64,000 nucleotides of DNA from a virus. Position 1 is the first letter of the stretch; the number at the start of each line of letters is the position of its first letter. Below are positions 9,296 to 20,000 of this stretch, one piece after another. Both the position numbers and the translations under genes were made by a program. The notes below the pieces were generated by a model. That model made no database searches, was not told the origin of the DNA, and worked only from the letters and a program-made list of their open reading frames with translations. The DNA lies in IMG/VR virus record IMGVR_UViG_3300008261_001864, positions 35,444 to 99,443 of that record, one strand, 5' to 3'.

Positions 9296-12200
9296 CTATC
9301 CCGCCCGATAGGTGACGGTGAAGTTGCCGAGATCGAGGTACTCGACCTCGGACCCGTAAACGTCGTGCGGCCCCTTGTCGCCTCGCACACGGTAGGAAAC
9401 GCTGTAGGAGTGGTTGGCCGGAACATCGGGCACCACACCGGCCCCCGAGATCGACACCAAGACCTTGTTGGCGACCGTCGCCGCTGTCGTGACGTCGGTG
9501 AAGCCAGGCAGCACCGCGCCAGAGTTTCCAATGATGTAGGCTTGGTTCGGCTGACTCCCCACCAAGAGCAGGTTGTCCACCAGCGTGAGAGCGATGTCGT
9601 CTTGAAAGACCCCTCGGTGTTCCGTCGCTAGACCACCCCCATCCGTCGTGGGGTAGTTGAGGGCGTCGTTCAACAGATAGACCCGCTGACCACCGGCATC
9701 GAGGCCCGCTATGTAGGTGCTGCTCGACAACACCTGCTCGCGGAGGATGAGAGCGCCGTCCGCATACGCCATACGGGCCAGAGGTACCACCTCGTAGTCA
9801 ACGCCGCTTGTCCCGTCGATGGCCTTGATGACGTCCGACTGAGCGACACCCTGCCCGATCACACGGCTGTTGAGTTCCACGCTCAGGTTGGCACGAACCA
9901 AGGGGTCCACCTTGTCCTTGGCGGCACCCGACTTCAACTGAACAGTTGTCTCGATTTCTACCGAGTTGACGATGGCCTGCTTGGCAAGGACGTCGGCCGT
10001 CGCATGACGGCGGTTGTTCAACACCGTCTGGAACTGCTGGAGCAGGTCATTCACCACATAGGTGACGGTGAAGTTCTCGTCCTTGGTGTAGTCCACGACG
10101 ACAGGCTGGCCCGTCAGGATGGTGGAGGCCGAGGTACGGACAATGTTGATGGGAGTACGGTCGGTCCCGCCCACGATCTCGAAGTCCACCCCCACCGTGT
10201 ACTCGATGGAGCGATCCGAGTTGAACACGCGGACTGTGTTGGTGTTGATGCCGATGCTATCCAGAGGCTCCTGCACGAACCCGATGAGGACGTGCGCCTC
10301 GTCGTTCACGAGAATCTGAGAGCCTGCGGGCTTACCGTTCGCTTGAACGACCGAGAGGTAGTCCTTGGCCGCCGTACTCTCGCCTTGCAGGAGGGGGTCC
10401 TCCAGCCGGTACAGGTTGAAGTTGACGGACGCATCTAGGGCACCCGAGGACTCACCGACCACCGATGTCACTCGACGGACGGGCTGTAGGCTGGGAATGA
10501 ACTGGTTTTCCGAACGGAACCGATAATCCGCGTACACCACGTCATCGAGCGTCGTGACGGGCTGCGCGATGGAGGTGTTGAGCCGGAAGGTCTGGAAGTC
10601 GATGACCTGCACACCCGAGAGGTCATAGTCGGCACCAAGGGTGGCGTTCCGCACCCCGTATCCTTGGGTGGGGTCATTGAGCATCTCGATGATGGGCGTC
10701 GTGGCCGTCACACGAGAGTCCAGAACTCGGAACGTCAGGGTTGTCAGGTCCACGAGGCTGCATTGGATGTTCTGGGCGAGGTTGAACGAGAACGAGAACT
10801 TCTCCGTGACCTGCCGCTCTCGGAGGCCCTGGACCCAGACATCGACCTTGCCGCCGATGTGCTTCTTGCGAACTTCGTCCCAATCCCGCATCATCAGGCG
10901 GTCGCCCGACTTCACAACCTTTGACTTGATGATGCCGACCTGCTCGGCCGCCGTCTGGTAGTAGCCGTTTTCCGTGCCCGTATCGACGGAGACAAACGCC
11001 AACATACAGCGGGTGGCAAGGTCATAGTTCGATTCAACGTCGGTCCCGCCCACCAGTGACTCGACGTTCGTGACGGATAGTCCCGAGACGCCGCTGTTGC
11101 CAGTGATGGAGCCAGGCGGCACGTTCCCATCGGCTCCGGGGTTGAGGGCGGCGACGTCCGCAACCACCTCGTACCGCTTGGTTGTGTAGTTGTAGAAGGC
11201 TTCCGCGTTTGCAGCGGGTAGGATGTAGGAGCCGCCCACGCGGAACGAGGTGGCTACCCCGGCAGCTTTCAACTCGACGCCCGCTGGGATGATGATGTCG
11301 ATGGAGGGTTTAGAGGTGGTGTAGAACACCACCTGCCCCACCGCAGACCGACCGCCCAGACGTGCCTTGTTGACGTTCCGCGCCAGCTTGTCGAACTGGA
11401 GGTCGATCAGGTTTTGAACCGCCCTGTCCGAAGTGTACCCAAGTGCCGATCTCAGGGCGTACTTGTAGGGGCTGGTCAACACCGCGTCACTTGTCTCGCC
11501 CCCCAGCGCGTTGTCCATCTGCATGAGGGTCAAGAAACTCTGGCTGCGGTGAACGAAGTCCATCAGAAACCAGAGACGCTCGGCCTCCGAGGCGAACGGG
11601 TCAATGCTGACATCGCGGGTGGTCGAGCCAGGGATGAGGCTGATCTCGTTGTTGACCCTCCCAACGTAGTTGATGTAGTCGGTGACGATGGCCGTCTGGG
11701 TTCGGTTGGGTAGGTCGATGACGCCCGTATCAACCAGCAGGGGAGCGCCCAGCACCTCTTGGGAAAAGGGCGACTCGAACTCCGTGTTGGTGGACTTGTC
11801 GAAGTAGACGGTGGTGACGACGTAGTAGAGGGGGTCTGTGTCGGGCACGCCGTTCCACTGGTCGGCGTTGATGATCCCTAGACCGCCGCCCCGATAGTGC
11901 GTGAACTTCGTATAGGTGACGAGGTTGTACGCCTCGACGGTGCCCTTGAAGCGGACGTCGGCATAGCTGCGGGACAGGTCGATGGTCTGATTGAGCGGAA
12001 CCGCAAGTTCGTTCCCAAACTCATCCATTTCCGTGAGCCGGATGTTCAGCAGATAATGATTGCTGTCGGACCACGACGTTGCGACGGGAAAGGTATCGGT
12101 AACGAAGTCCTCATAGACGTCTCCCGTCATGGGGAGTGGGGCTTCATTGACCTTGTAGTACCCCGTCTTGCCAGCGGGGGTCTTGGACGCATAGACGTTG

Positions 12201-12652
12201 TAGCCGATAAACACCTTCTGGTAGAGAATCTCGATCCCTCGGGACACCAGCAGATCGACCCCGCCTCGACGCCGTGCGACCTTCAATCCTGTGGGGATCG
12301 TCGTGGCAGCGTTGAAGGCGTCCGAGGTATCTACCTGGGTGATGGTCGCCGTCGAGGTTCCCGACACCCCGCCGATGATGTCGATGGCCCGAAAGGCTAC
12401 CGTGTTGATGCCTGGGCTAAGGATAAACCCCGAGGAGTACGCGGCAGGGTTGGGGAACGAGAAGGTGTTGAGTTCGATCTTGAGCAGGTTGGGGTCGGTT
12501 ACGAACGCCCCACCGTTCACCGACACCTGTAGGGCGACGGTATCCGTCGTGACGGTACCCCTGATGACAACGGCCTCTTGGTTGGTGGTGAAGTTGAGGG
12601 CCGTCGTGTAGCCGGAACCGTCTCGTGCTTCTAGCTGGGGCGCGGTAGCCAT
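9296..12652 (-). CDS. Baseplate J-like wedge protein (gpJ/gp47/T4 gp6 family), enlarged
   Basis: IPGSTTRD, R..GRSAVGQVVF, A..PGADGNVPPGSI, SVTN....GGTDVESN..LATR, GKVDVWV. Confidence 0.85.
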   Translation of the reverse strand: MATAPQLEARDGSGYTTALNFTTNQEAVVIRGTVTTDTVALQVSVNGGAFVTDPNLLKIELNTFSFPNPAAYSSGFILSPGINTVAFRAIDIIGGVSGTSTATITQVDTSDAFNAATTIPTGLKVARRRGGVDLLVSRGIEILYQKVFIGYNVYASKTPAGKTGYYKVNEAPLPMTGDVYEDFVTDTFPVATSWSDSNHYLLNIRLTEMDEFGNELAVPLNQTIDLSRSYADVRFKGTVEAYNLVTYTKFTHYRGGGLGIINADQWNGVPDTDPLYYVVTTVYFDKSTNTEFESPFSQEVLGAPLLVDTGVIDLPNRTQTAIVTDYINYVGRVNNEISLIPGSTTRDVSIDPFASEAERLWFLMDFVHRSQSFLTLMQMDNALGGETSDAVLTSPYKYALRSALGYTSDRAVQNLIDLQFDKLARNVNKARLGGRSAVGQVVFYTTSKPSIDIIIPAGVELKAAGVATSFRVGGSYILPAANAEAFYNYTTKRYEVVADVAALNPGADGNVPPGSITGNSGVSGLSVTNVESLVGGTDVESNYDLATRCMLAFVSVDTGTENGYYQTAAEQVGIIKSKVVKSGDRLMMRDWDEVRKKHIGGKVDVWVQGLRERQVTEKFSFSFNLAQNIQCSLVDLTTLTFRVLDSRVTATTPIIEMLNDPTQGYGVRNATLGADYDLSGVQVIDFQTFRLNTSIAQPVTTLDDVVYADYRFRSENQFIPSLQPVRRVTSVVGESSGALDASVNFNLYRLEDPLLQGESTAAKDYLSVVQANGKPAGSQILVNDEAHVLIGFVQEPLDSIGINTNTVRVFNSDRSIEYTVGVDFEIVGGTDRTPINIVRTSASTILTGQPVVVDYTKDENFTVTYVVNDLLQQFQTVLNNRRHATADVLAKQAIVNSVEIETTVQLKSGAAKDKVDPLVRANLSVELNSRVIGQGVAQSDVIKAIDGTSGVDYEVVPLARMAYADGALILREQVLSSSTYIAGLDAGGQRVYLLNDALNYPTTDGGGLATEHRGVFQDDIALTLVDNLLLVGSQPNQAYIIGNSGAVLPGFTDVTTAATVANKVLVSISGAGVVPDVPANHSYSVSYRVRGDKGPHDVYGSEVEYLDLGNFTVTYRAG

Positions 12653-12655
12653 CGT

Positions 12656-13795
12656 TTATCCTGTGAGGACGTAGTTCCGAAGGGACTGTCGGAGTATCCC
12701 CTGCTGTTGTGTGGAGCCAAGTAAATCCTGCGGCTCTGGGATGCGGATGCCTCGGTCGATCACGATGTTCCTGCCCGAACGGTTCTGTACGGTGATGTTT
12801 ACGAAAAAAACCGTAGGGTCGGTGTTGCTCTGGGAGACGTCCACCCCAAGGAGGCGATACGGGTACTCCTCGTCGGAGACTTCCTGCCCCACCGCTACCT
12901 CCTGCTGGCGCTTGATGGACTGCCAACGTCCAAACGCTCGGTAGATGTCGGAGACGATGAGGTTCTGGATGATGCCGCTGGCACCGATCTTCTGACCGAT
13001 CTGGTCGATGAGTCTTGTACCGTACCAGGTGTGGAAGGGGTTGGACCCTTCCTCAGTGTAGATGAGTTTCAAACACTCTTGGATGAGGAGGGCTTCATCC
13101 CTCACCTCCACGGTCCCGCCCGTCCGTGTGTACCGCCAATCGTTCTCCACCCCCGTCCCCGCACATCGGCGGCATTGTTGCTGGAAGGTTGTGTAGGACA
13201 GTTGGAAGAAGTCTTTGCCCCCTCGAAGGGGGCGATCAAAGATGATGAAGCGATAGGGCAGCCCTTCAACGGTGCTTTCGTCGTTCACCAAGGCCCACGG
13301 CGGCAGCAGGTCCTTGCCCCTGTAGTCCACGTTGGCGGCGATCCCAAGGGTGGCAGCGACCGTGCTGGTGGTAGGCACGAACAGGCTGGCCGATGCCCCC
13401 TTGTGGATGCTCTCGCAAGAGAGCCGCCCATTCATGTTCGAGAACATGGCTCCGATACGGGCCTCGTTCAAGATGCGAACGAGGTTGTCCGTGGTCATGC
13501 TGGAGTTGGCTGGAAGGGTAACCTCTCGAAGGGCCGTCTGGTTGAGCCGCACCCTAAACAGGTCATTGACCCCCGTTTGGATGCGGAAGGGACCAGCACG
13601 AGTTCCCGTCATGGTGGGTGGGGTCTGCACGCCCGTTGAGGGCACCTCGATCTCACCGTTCAACACCACTTTGACTTGATTGCCCGCAGCGATGCTGGCG
13701 GCTGGCGCGAGGGTCTGGTAATCGTCCGAGAGGTAAATGGCCTCGTTGACGATCCCATGCTGGCAAACCTGGTCGATCTGGCGGTCATAACTCAT
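12656..13795 (-). CDS. Baseplate wedge/sheath-initiator protein (gp25/gpW-like C-terminal domain)
   Basis: C-terminal LIYTEEGSNPFHTWYGTRL..QIG; upstream of J-like gene; also CRRCAGTG. Confidence 0.7.
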   Translation of the reverse strand: MSYDRQIDQVCQHGIVNEAIYLSDDYQTLAPAASIAAGNQVKVVLNGEIEVPSTGVQTPPTMTGTRAGPFRIQTGVNDLFRVRLNQTALREVTLPANSSMTTDNLVRILNEARIGAMFSNMNGRLSCESIHKGASASLFVPTTSTVAATLGIAANVDYRGKDLLPPWALVNDESTVEGLPYRFIIFDRPLRGGKDFFQLSYTTFQQQCRRCAGTGVENDWRYTRTGGTVEVRDEALLIQECLKLIYTEEGSNPFHTWYGTRLIDQIGQKIGASGIIQNLIVSDIYRAFGRWQSIKRQQEVAVGQEVSDEEYPYRLLGVDVSQSNTDPTVFFVNITVQNRSGRNIVIDRGIRIPEPQDLLGSTQQQGILRQSLRNYVLTG

Positions 13796-14559
13796 GCCAA
13801 CCCTTCCTCGTCGCCTGTCACACCGGCAGGGATGAATCCACCGTCGTCGCGGCCCGCCACACCCGGCTCGACCTGCGGGAGCGTCGTGCCCCTCTTGGAA
13901 TACGGTAGGAAAGGAGCATAAACGGACTTACCGTGGGGGTCCCTGCCCTTGTCGTCGTAGATGGCAAGGTAGTTGTCGTTGGTCAGCAACTCGCTTATCT
14001 TGGTGGCAACCCACTCAAGTGACCCTTCGGTGTCGGCTGGCTGCTGGATGGACGCCAGCAACTCCAGTTCGGCGTCCAGTTGGTCCACATAGTCGATGAC
14101 CCGTCGAATCTTCCGCTCCAGATACTCCCGCCGATAGTGAAGGGCTGGGTGCATCCACTCACGGGCCGTTCGGATGTACTCCGCAGAGGCGCTGTCTCGC
14201 AGACCCTTGCCGCCCACCACCTCCCCGTTCGACATATACTGAGCGGGCGAGGTGTCGGTACCAGCCACCAAAAAGACGGACTGCGCCCGTGTCCGCACCT
14301 GTAGGTCGAACTTGACGTCGCCCCCCAGAGCCTCGTAGGCCGCCACCAGACCCCCGATGTACGTCGAGGTCGAACTAGAGGCCGAGTAAGCGGTAGGGAC
14401 CCCGCCCCCGTCGTAAGTGAAGGTGAGGGACCCTGCCCGCAGCTTCTCGTAGTTGAGGTGTGCGACTCGACCCGAGATGTCGGCAAACTGCGATCTGGCG
14501 AACGTCATGAAGCGGTCGAACTGGCTCTTGTTGAACGTGCCGAGAAAGTCAAAAGCCAT
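13792..14559 (-). CDS. Hypothetical protein (baseplate cluster)
   Basis: 255 aa, GGAGG RBS, ATGA overlap with next gene. Confidence 0.6.
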   Translation of the reverse strand: MAFDFLGTFNKSQFDRFMTFARSQFADISGRVAHLNYEKLRAGSLTFTYDGGGVPTAYSASSSTSTYIGGLVAAYEALGGDVKFDLQVRTRAQSVFLVAGTDTSPAQYMSNGEVVGGKGLRDSASAEYIRTAREWMHPALHYRREYLERKIRRVIDYVDQLDAELELLASIQQPADTEGSLEWVATKISELLTNDNYLAIYDDKGRDPHGKSVYAPFLPYSKRGTTLPQVEPGVAGRDDGGFIPAGVTGDEEGLA

Positions 14560-14568
14560 CGCAGCCTC

Positions 14569-16848
14569 CTAGCCACCAAAGATCATCTTGAAAGCCGTCG
14601 CAAAGCCCGCAACGTCGGGTGCCGCATAGGCAAAGCAGGCACCACACGTCATCCCGTCGGCCGCGTTGCTCTTGGGCTTCTGTCCCTGCGCGTTGTCAAC
14701 CGCGCTGTACCACTCGTCCACACCACCTGTGATGTTGGCCGCCGCCAACAGGTAGAATCCGAACGAGAGGGACTCGATCCAATCTATGATCTCAATGATG
14801 AACTGTATCCATTTCTCAAGAACGTCGATCTTTGCGTTCACCGTGTCGATGAAGTCCTTGACGTCTTGAATGATGCCTTTGTAGGCGTCCACCAACGCCT
14901 GAGCCTTGTCGGCCAAGTCATAGAGCATCTTGGAGGACCACGGGATCATGTCGTCCAAGATGGAGATACGCTGCCAATCTGGGGGCACCCCTTGGTAGGA
15001 TAGACCCCGAACGAAGTTCACAGCGGCGAGGACGTTCTTGCGAACGTTCTTGTCGTCATACGCCCACGCAAACGTGACCGCATCATCCCGCTTGGCCGTG
15101 GCATTGAAGCCCGTGCCATCGACCTCGGCGCGGGTAAGCCTTTGCACAAGGGCCAGCGGCGTCGAGAACGACGCCAGATTGTTGGGGGATGTCCTCAACT
15201 CAGCCTGTGCGGGGGGACCGAACGGCAAAGGACCCGTCATGAGTTGCTTGAAACTCTCTGCGAACCCACCACCACCGCCTTCGAGCGCCGCATAGGTGTA
15301 GCGGTTCATGAGCCGAGCGGCCTTCACCCGATAGTTGGTGGAGGTCCACGGGGCCATCATGCCCTGCACGCTTATGGCCGCAGGGTTGATGTTCTTGTCG
15401 GGCACGGGCGGGTAGCTTTTGAGGTTGTATGCCTGACCACCGAACTGCGACATCGTGCCCTTGCCGATGTCGGAAACCTGGTAGCCCGGCAGGGGGTCGC
15501 CCTTGTCGTCGAACGCCGGATCGTACAGGATGTTCCCTTGATCGTCGGTGGCGACCACACCGCCAACCTTCTTCGGCTTGAGTTCAAGGTCGAGGTGGAA
15601 CCCAAGCGAGAAGGCCGCCAAAAACAGCGACCGAAACGCCTCCATGACGTCAAACTCGGTTGGGAGGGTGGGGTAGATGGCCTGCTGGATGGGGGTCGGC
15701 AACCCCATCACGAGATTGGTGCCCGCGTACTTGTAGTTGTAAATCCCCGTCGCGGGGTTCCTTTCCACGGTCCCAGCCTTGAGCGTCCCCCAAGACTCGG
15801 AGTCTTTGCGGTCAATACCAAGTTCCCCACTGAAAGCCCGCACCCGATACCAATATGTCTTGTCTCGTTCTATGCCGTTGTCGGTGAACCGCCACTTCCC
15901 CAGCACGTCGAAAAACTTGACCCAAAACCCCGACGTATCCCTCGTCATCACGAAAGCGTCCTTGAAGAGGACGACGGGCTGCCCGTACTCGTCGAGAACT
16001 GGTGTCTTGGTCTTTATGGGCTGCTGGGTCCGAGGGTCACGCAGCCCTGTGTCCAGCATGGTGTAAACGATACCAGGCTTATCAAACGTGTCGATCAGGT
16101 CCTCGCTAGGGTACTCATCTGTCGATTCGATAAGCCAAGCGGGAGGGGTGAGAAAGGCTCCTCCCGTCTCAGCCATCAACCCCTCAAGAGCGTTATCGGC
16201 AGTCGGCACGGTTTGTCCGAGCGCCCACTCCAACGCAAAGGCTGGTTTCTCGATCTTGTTAGGGTCCTTAAAGAGTTCAGCCAGCCCGTCCACAATGTCG
16301 CCGTTGCGGTTGGATTGGCGCACCTTGAAGTTCACGGGAGCGGGGTAGGGAGGGATGACCTGACCCTCGTTACCCTTGAACAACTTTTGGAGTACCGTCC
16401 ACCCCTTCTGGATGCCAGGCCAACCGTTGGAGTCCACGACGACGAGGACGAACCCGCTGTTCGTCAAACCCGCCTGCGGCTTGGGTCGGTTGATGTCCTT
16501 GGCGTCCTGTAGCGAACCCTTCCACCGCTGGAGGAAGCCGGGCCAACCTCCACGCAGCCTCTTTAGCTGGGGATCGTTAGTGAAGTCGGGCAGCAGCAGC
16601 CACATATAGATGCCCGTCTGCCGCAGCGACTCCAAGATGGAGTTGATGGCTGCGACGAGGGCATCCACGAGGACTTTGATGGGGTTGCCGAGGTCCACCA
16701 AAAACGTCTTGATGGTGTTCAAGACGGCCTTGACGATCTCAAGGTAGTTCCCCAAGGTTTCGGCCACAGAGCGGGTCTGCTCCAGCAGGTCCTTGCCGGG
16801 GATGTAGTTCTCAACCGAGAAACTGAGCCAAGGGGTGGCGGCGGTCAT
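14569..16848 (-). CDS. Hypothetical structural protein; helical termini, central FN3-like motif
   Basis: 759 aa; FTDNGIERDKTYWYRVRAF; amphipathic helices at both ends. Confidence 0.55.
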   Translation of the reverse strand: MTAATPWLSFSVENYIPGKDLLEQTRSVAETLGNYLEIVKAVLNTIKTFLVDLGNPIKVLVDALVAAINSILESLRQTGIYMWLLLPDFTNDPQLKRLRGGWPGFLQRWKGSLQDAKDINRPKPQAGLTNSGFVLVVVDSNGWPGIQKGWTVLQKLFKGNEGQVIPPYPAPVNFKVRQSNRNGDIVDGLAELFKDPNKIEKPAFALEWALGQTVPTADNALEGLMAETGGAFLTPPAWLIESTDEYPSEDLIDTFDKPGIVYTMLDTGLRDPRTQQPIKTKTPVLDEYGQPVVLFKDAFVMTRDTSGFWVKFFDVLGKWRFTDNGIERDKTYWYRVRAFSGELGIDRKDSESWGTLKAGTVERNPATGIYNYKYAGTNLVMGLPTPIQQAIYPTLPTEFDVMEAFRSLFLAAFSLGFHLDLELKPKKVGGVVATDDQGNILYDPAFDDKGDPLPGYQVSDIGKGTMSQFGGQAYNLKSYPPVPDKNINPAAISVQGMMAPWTSTNYRVKAARLMNRYTYAALEGGGGGFAESFKQLMTGPLPFGPPAQAELRTSPNNLASFSTPLALVQRLTRAEVDGTGFNATAKRDDAVTFAWAYDDKNVRKNVLAAVNFVRGLSYQGVPPDWQRISILDDMIPWSSKMLYDLADKAQALVDAYKGIIQDVKDFIDTVNAKIDVLEKWIQFIIEIIDWIESLSFGFYLLAAANITGGVDEWYSAVDNAQGQKPKSNAADGMTCGACFAYAAPDVAGFATAFKMIFGG

Positions 16849-16851
16849 CGA

Positions 16852-17064
16852 CTAACTCCCGTACTTCAACTTTTCGAGTTTCCGCTGTAGCCGAGCAGCC
16901 TCAGATTCAGCGAGCGACTTTGAGACAAGGGCAATATCACGCAGCTTTGCGAAGATCGGCAACTCCTCACGGTACTGCCATTGTGGCTGCCCAGCGGGTT
17001 GTTCCTCCGCAGGGGGTTGTTCCTCCGCAGGGGTGGTCGCTTCATCCTTGGGGGTGTCCGTCAT
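16852..17064 (-). CDS. Small hypothetical protein
   Basis: 70 aa, AGGAGA RBS, fills gap exactly. Confidence 0.6.
   Translation of the reverse strand: MTDTPKDEATTPAEEQPPAEEQPAGQPQWQYREELPIFAKLRDIALVSKSLAESEAARLQRKLEKLKYGS
16996..17031. repeat. Tandem 18-bp repeat x2 (PAEEQP)
   Basis: gggttgttcctccgcagg twice. Confidence 0.85.
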
Positions 17065-17073
17065 GCGCGTCTC

Positions 17074-20000
17074 CTACATGGAAGCCAGTTTGGTGAGGTT
17101 CTTCATCTGCTCGTCGAGGTCGGATAATCGCTTGGCCGCATAGCGATCCACCAGGTAAAGCAGACCTGTCTGGACGTTCACCCGTCCGTCGATCCAGATG
17201 AACCGCTTGTTGTATAGCTGGTCGCGGTCTTGGAGGATGAGGCTTATTTTGGTGGCCGGTCCCGTGGGACTCGCCAAGTAACCCTGCCGATCCGATAGGG
17301 CGTTGGAGCGGTTGGAGACGTCATCGCCCATCAACCTGTTGACGTAGGTGAAGGCGGCGTCGGGACCCGCCACGACAGAGGTTTGGTCAAGCAGGGCTGT
17401 CCATGTGTTGGCTGCGGCCCCCCAATCCTGTGAGGCGTGCAGGACGCCAAGAAGGTCCCGCAGGCTGCTCACCGAGAGGCCGAACACGTTGACGAGACGG
17501 TAGGTGACGTTACCCGCCGTAGGAAACGGAACGTCACACGTTAGGGTCTGGGGGGTAACTGCCGTGACAGCATAGACGCCACGGTTGTCGCCACTCTCGA
17601 CGTACACGAAACAGCCGACGGCGATGTTGGCGGCCTCAAAGTCGAACGAGGCATCGGTGAGGTCGGAGCCGTTGACCGCGCCCGTGCGCGTGGTTGTCGT
17701 GAGAAGGTCGGTGAGAATACCGTCCGTGCCCTTGGCGGGGTTGCCGTCAAGGAACCGCTGGATCGCCAACACCTCGGAATCCACACCGCCAGCGGGGCTG
17801 TTGTTGGTGAGGACAAACGGCTTGACCTTGTTGGCGGCGATCTTGGGGGCGACCCACAACTGCGAAGTCGAGAGGTGGTTGGAGACGCGGAACGTGCAAG
17901 TGCTGGGGGTGCCAATAAACGACACGGGGTAGTCAAGGGTTGCCGTCGTCGAGTTAGGCTTAGTGACGATCTGCCTCCGCTTCCCAGCGTTGACGTGAGT
18001 GGGGTCGGTAAAGATGACGGTGTGGCCTATGGCGGCCGATGCCAAGGCTGCCCCCGAGATCAAAGTAGAAGAAGAAATCGTGCAGGTCCCAGAGGCAACG
18101 TTCGGGGCGCTGGTGATGAGAACAGTCTCGGCACCGCTGGTGGTGGGAAAGGGAGGGTCCACCGTTAGCGTTGTCGCGGTGAGGGCGGTGATGAGTCGCC
18201 ACCCAGCCCCCGCATTGGGGCCGGTCATGAACCGAACGATGTCGTACTGCTGGGGGGCTGGCGTCCCAAACCCTCCCGTGCGAGTCAGGGAGTTCGTGAA
18301 GTTCAATGCAACACCTGGGATGGTGTTGGTGGTTGTGGTGGAGATGGCGAGGGTTTGAACGGCGGCGTACTCCTCGTCAACGTAGGTCTGCTCACACTCG
18401 AAGGTGCGGGTCTGGATAGGCAGGCCCATGTCGTTGATGTCCGACTCGGCCAGACCGTCGAGGGCGGGAAGCCTGTAGGGTTCCGTCCGCTTGTTGACGA
18501 GATACACCGACTTGCACTCGACGAACTCGTTGGTGAGCGGAGGATCGTTGAAGTAAAAAAAGTTGTTGGAGTACAGCAGGGTCCCTGTGGCCTTTACGAG
18601 GGACGCCTCGAACTGCTTTTGGAACACGGTGTCGGTGGGGTCCAGCGAGATGGTGGCCCCTCGGGGGATGGCCGTCGTCACCGCTGGGGTGACGGTCAGC
18701 GCCGTGCCCGTCGGATCGACCGTCACCGTCCCTGTGTAGGTGGGGAGCGCGGTCCCGAGGACGGTCACGAGAACCTTCATGTCCTTCTTAAAGCCGGGCC
18801 GGAAAAACACGCTGGTCCCTGTGGCGTTATCGACGGGGATCGTTGTCGCACCCGCAGGGACGTAAGCGGTGATGAGGGCGCGTGGAAACCGCCTGTAGTA
18901 GGACTCAACCAACGAGTCGATGTCGGACGTCCCGAAACTCAGGATAGGGTCGCCGTCCTTGATGTCTGCGGTGTCGGAACCTGCAAACGTGGCGTTGAAG
19001 ATGTGGTCCTTGTAGGTCGGGTACAGGCGCGAGACGGTGCTGGGCAGGTACATCTTGGTGTATCGCGGCGTTTCCACCCACCAGATGAACCCGCCGATGA
19101 CCCACTCTTTTTTGTAGAATAACTGATCGTCGATGTCGTTCGTGACGTCGGCGTAAAGGTCACGCGGGGGGTTGTCCACCTTGCCGTCAAAGCGAAACCG
19201 TCCGCTGTCCGCACCGACGAGCCGACCGTCGAAACTCTGTATGGCATCCTCAAGGTGGTTGATGCTGTCGTTGGAATACTTGAGGAACCGGCGAGCCACG
19301 AGGTCCATGTTGGAGGTGTGGGCCTCTTTGTAGAAGATGGACTCGCGCCCTTGCCCTGGCAGCCCTGGGCTGCTGGGCGCGTTTTCGGTGCGGGGGCCAT
19401 AGCTGGGGGCTGATCCCTGCGCCTGTGCGGCGAAGTACGCGGTGACCTCACCACGGAAGTTCGTGAGGGTTTCAACACGGAAGTAGAAGGTGTCGGCGCT
19501 CCAGATGGTGTACTCCATCTTGAGTACCTGTCCCAGCATCCCGTTGGGTTCTTCGTCCGACGTCGTGTTCGGAACGATGCCGTGCGTGTAGGTGTACTTG
19601 AGACGGCTGGCGGGCTTCACCGACACGTTGCCCAGGTAGCAGATGCCCACCTCGTCGGCCCCTGACAGGGGCGGGTCAAAGTTGACGATGCCCGCGCTGT
19701 CGATCCCGTAACTGACAAACTGACCAATCTTCCCGCTCGCCTTTCGGAAGATACCGTAGGGCTGAGACAACACGGGAGGCAGCAGCGTAGCGGCCCGTGT
19801 GTCACCGTCCTCACGGATGGTTCGGATGGATCGCTTCAAGATGGCTGTGGCAGGAGCGTACTGACGTTGAGCGTTGCTGGTAAGCTGTACCTCGGTCCAC
19901 CCATTGAGGAACTTGGTCCCCACCACAAGGTAGTAGTCAGAGAATGTGTGGGTCCCGTCGGTGAACAGCAGGACGATGCCTGGGACGTAAACGGACGTCT

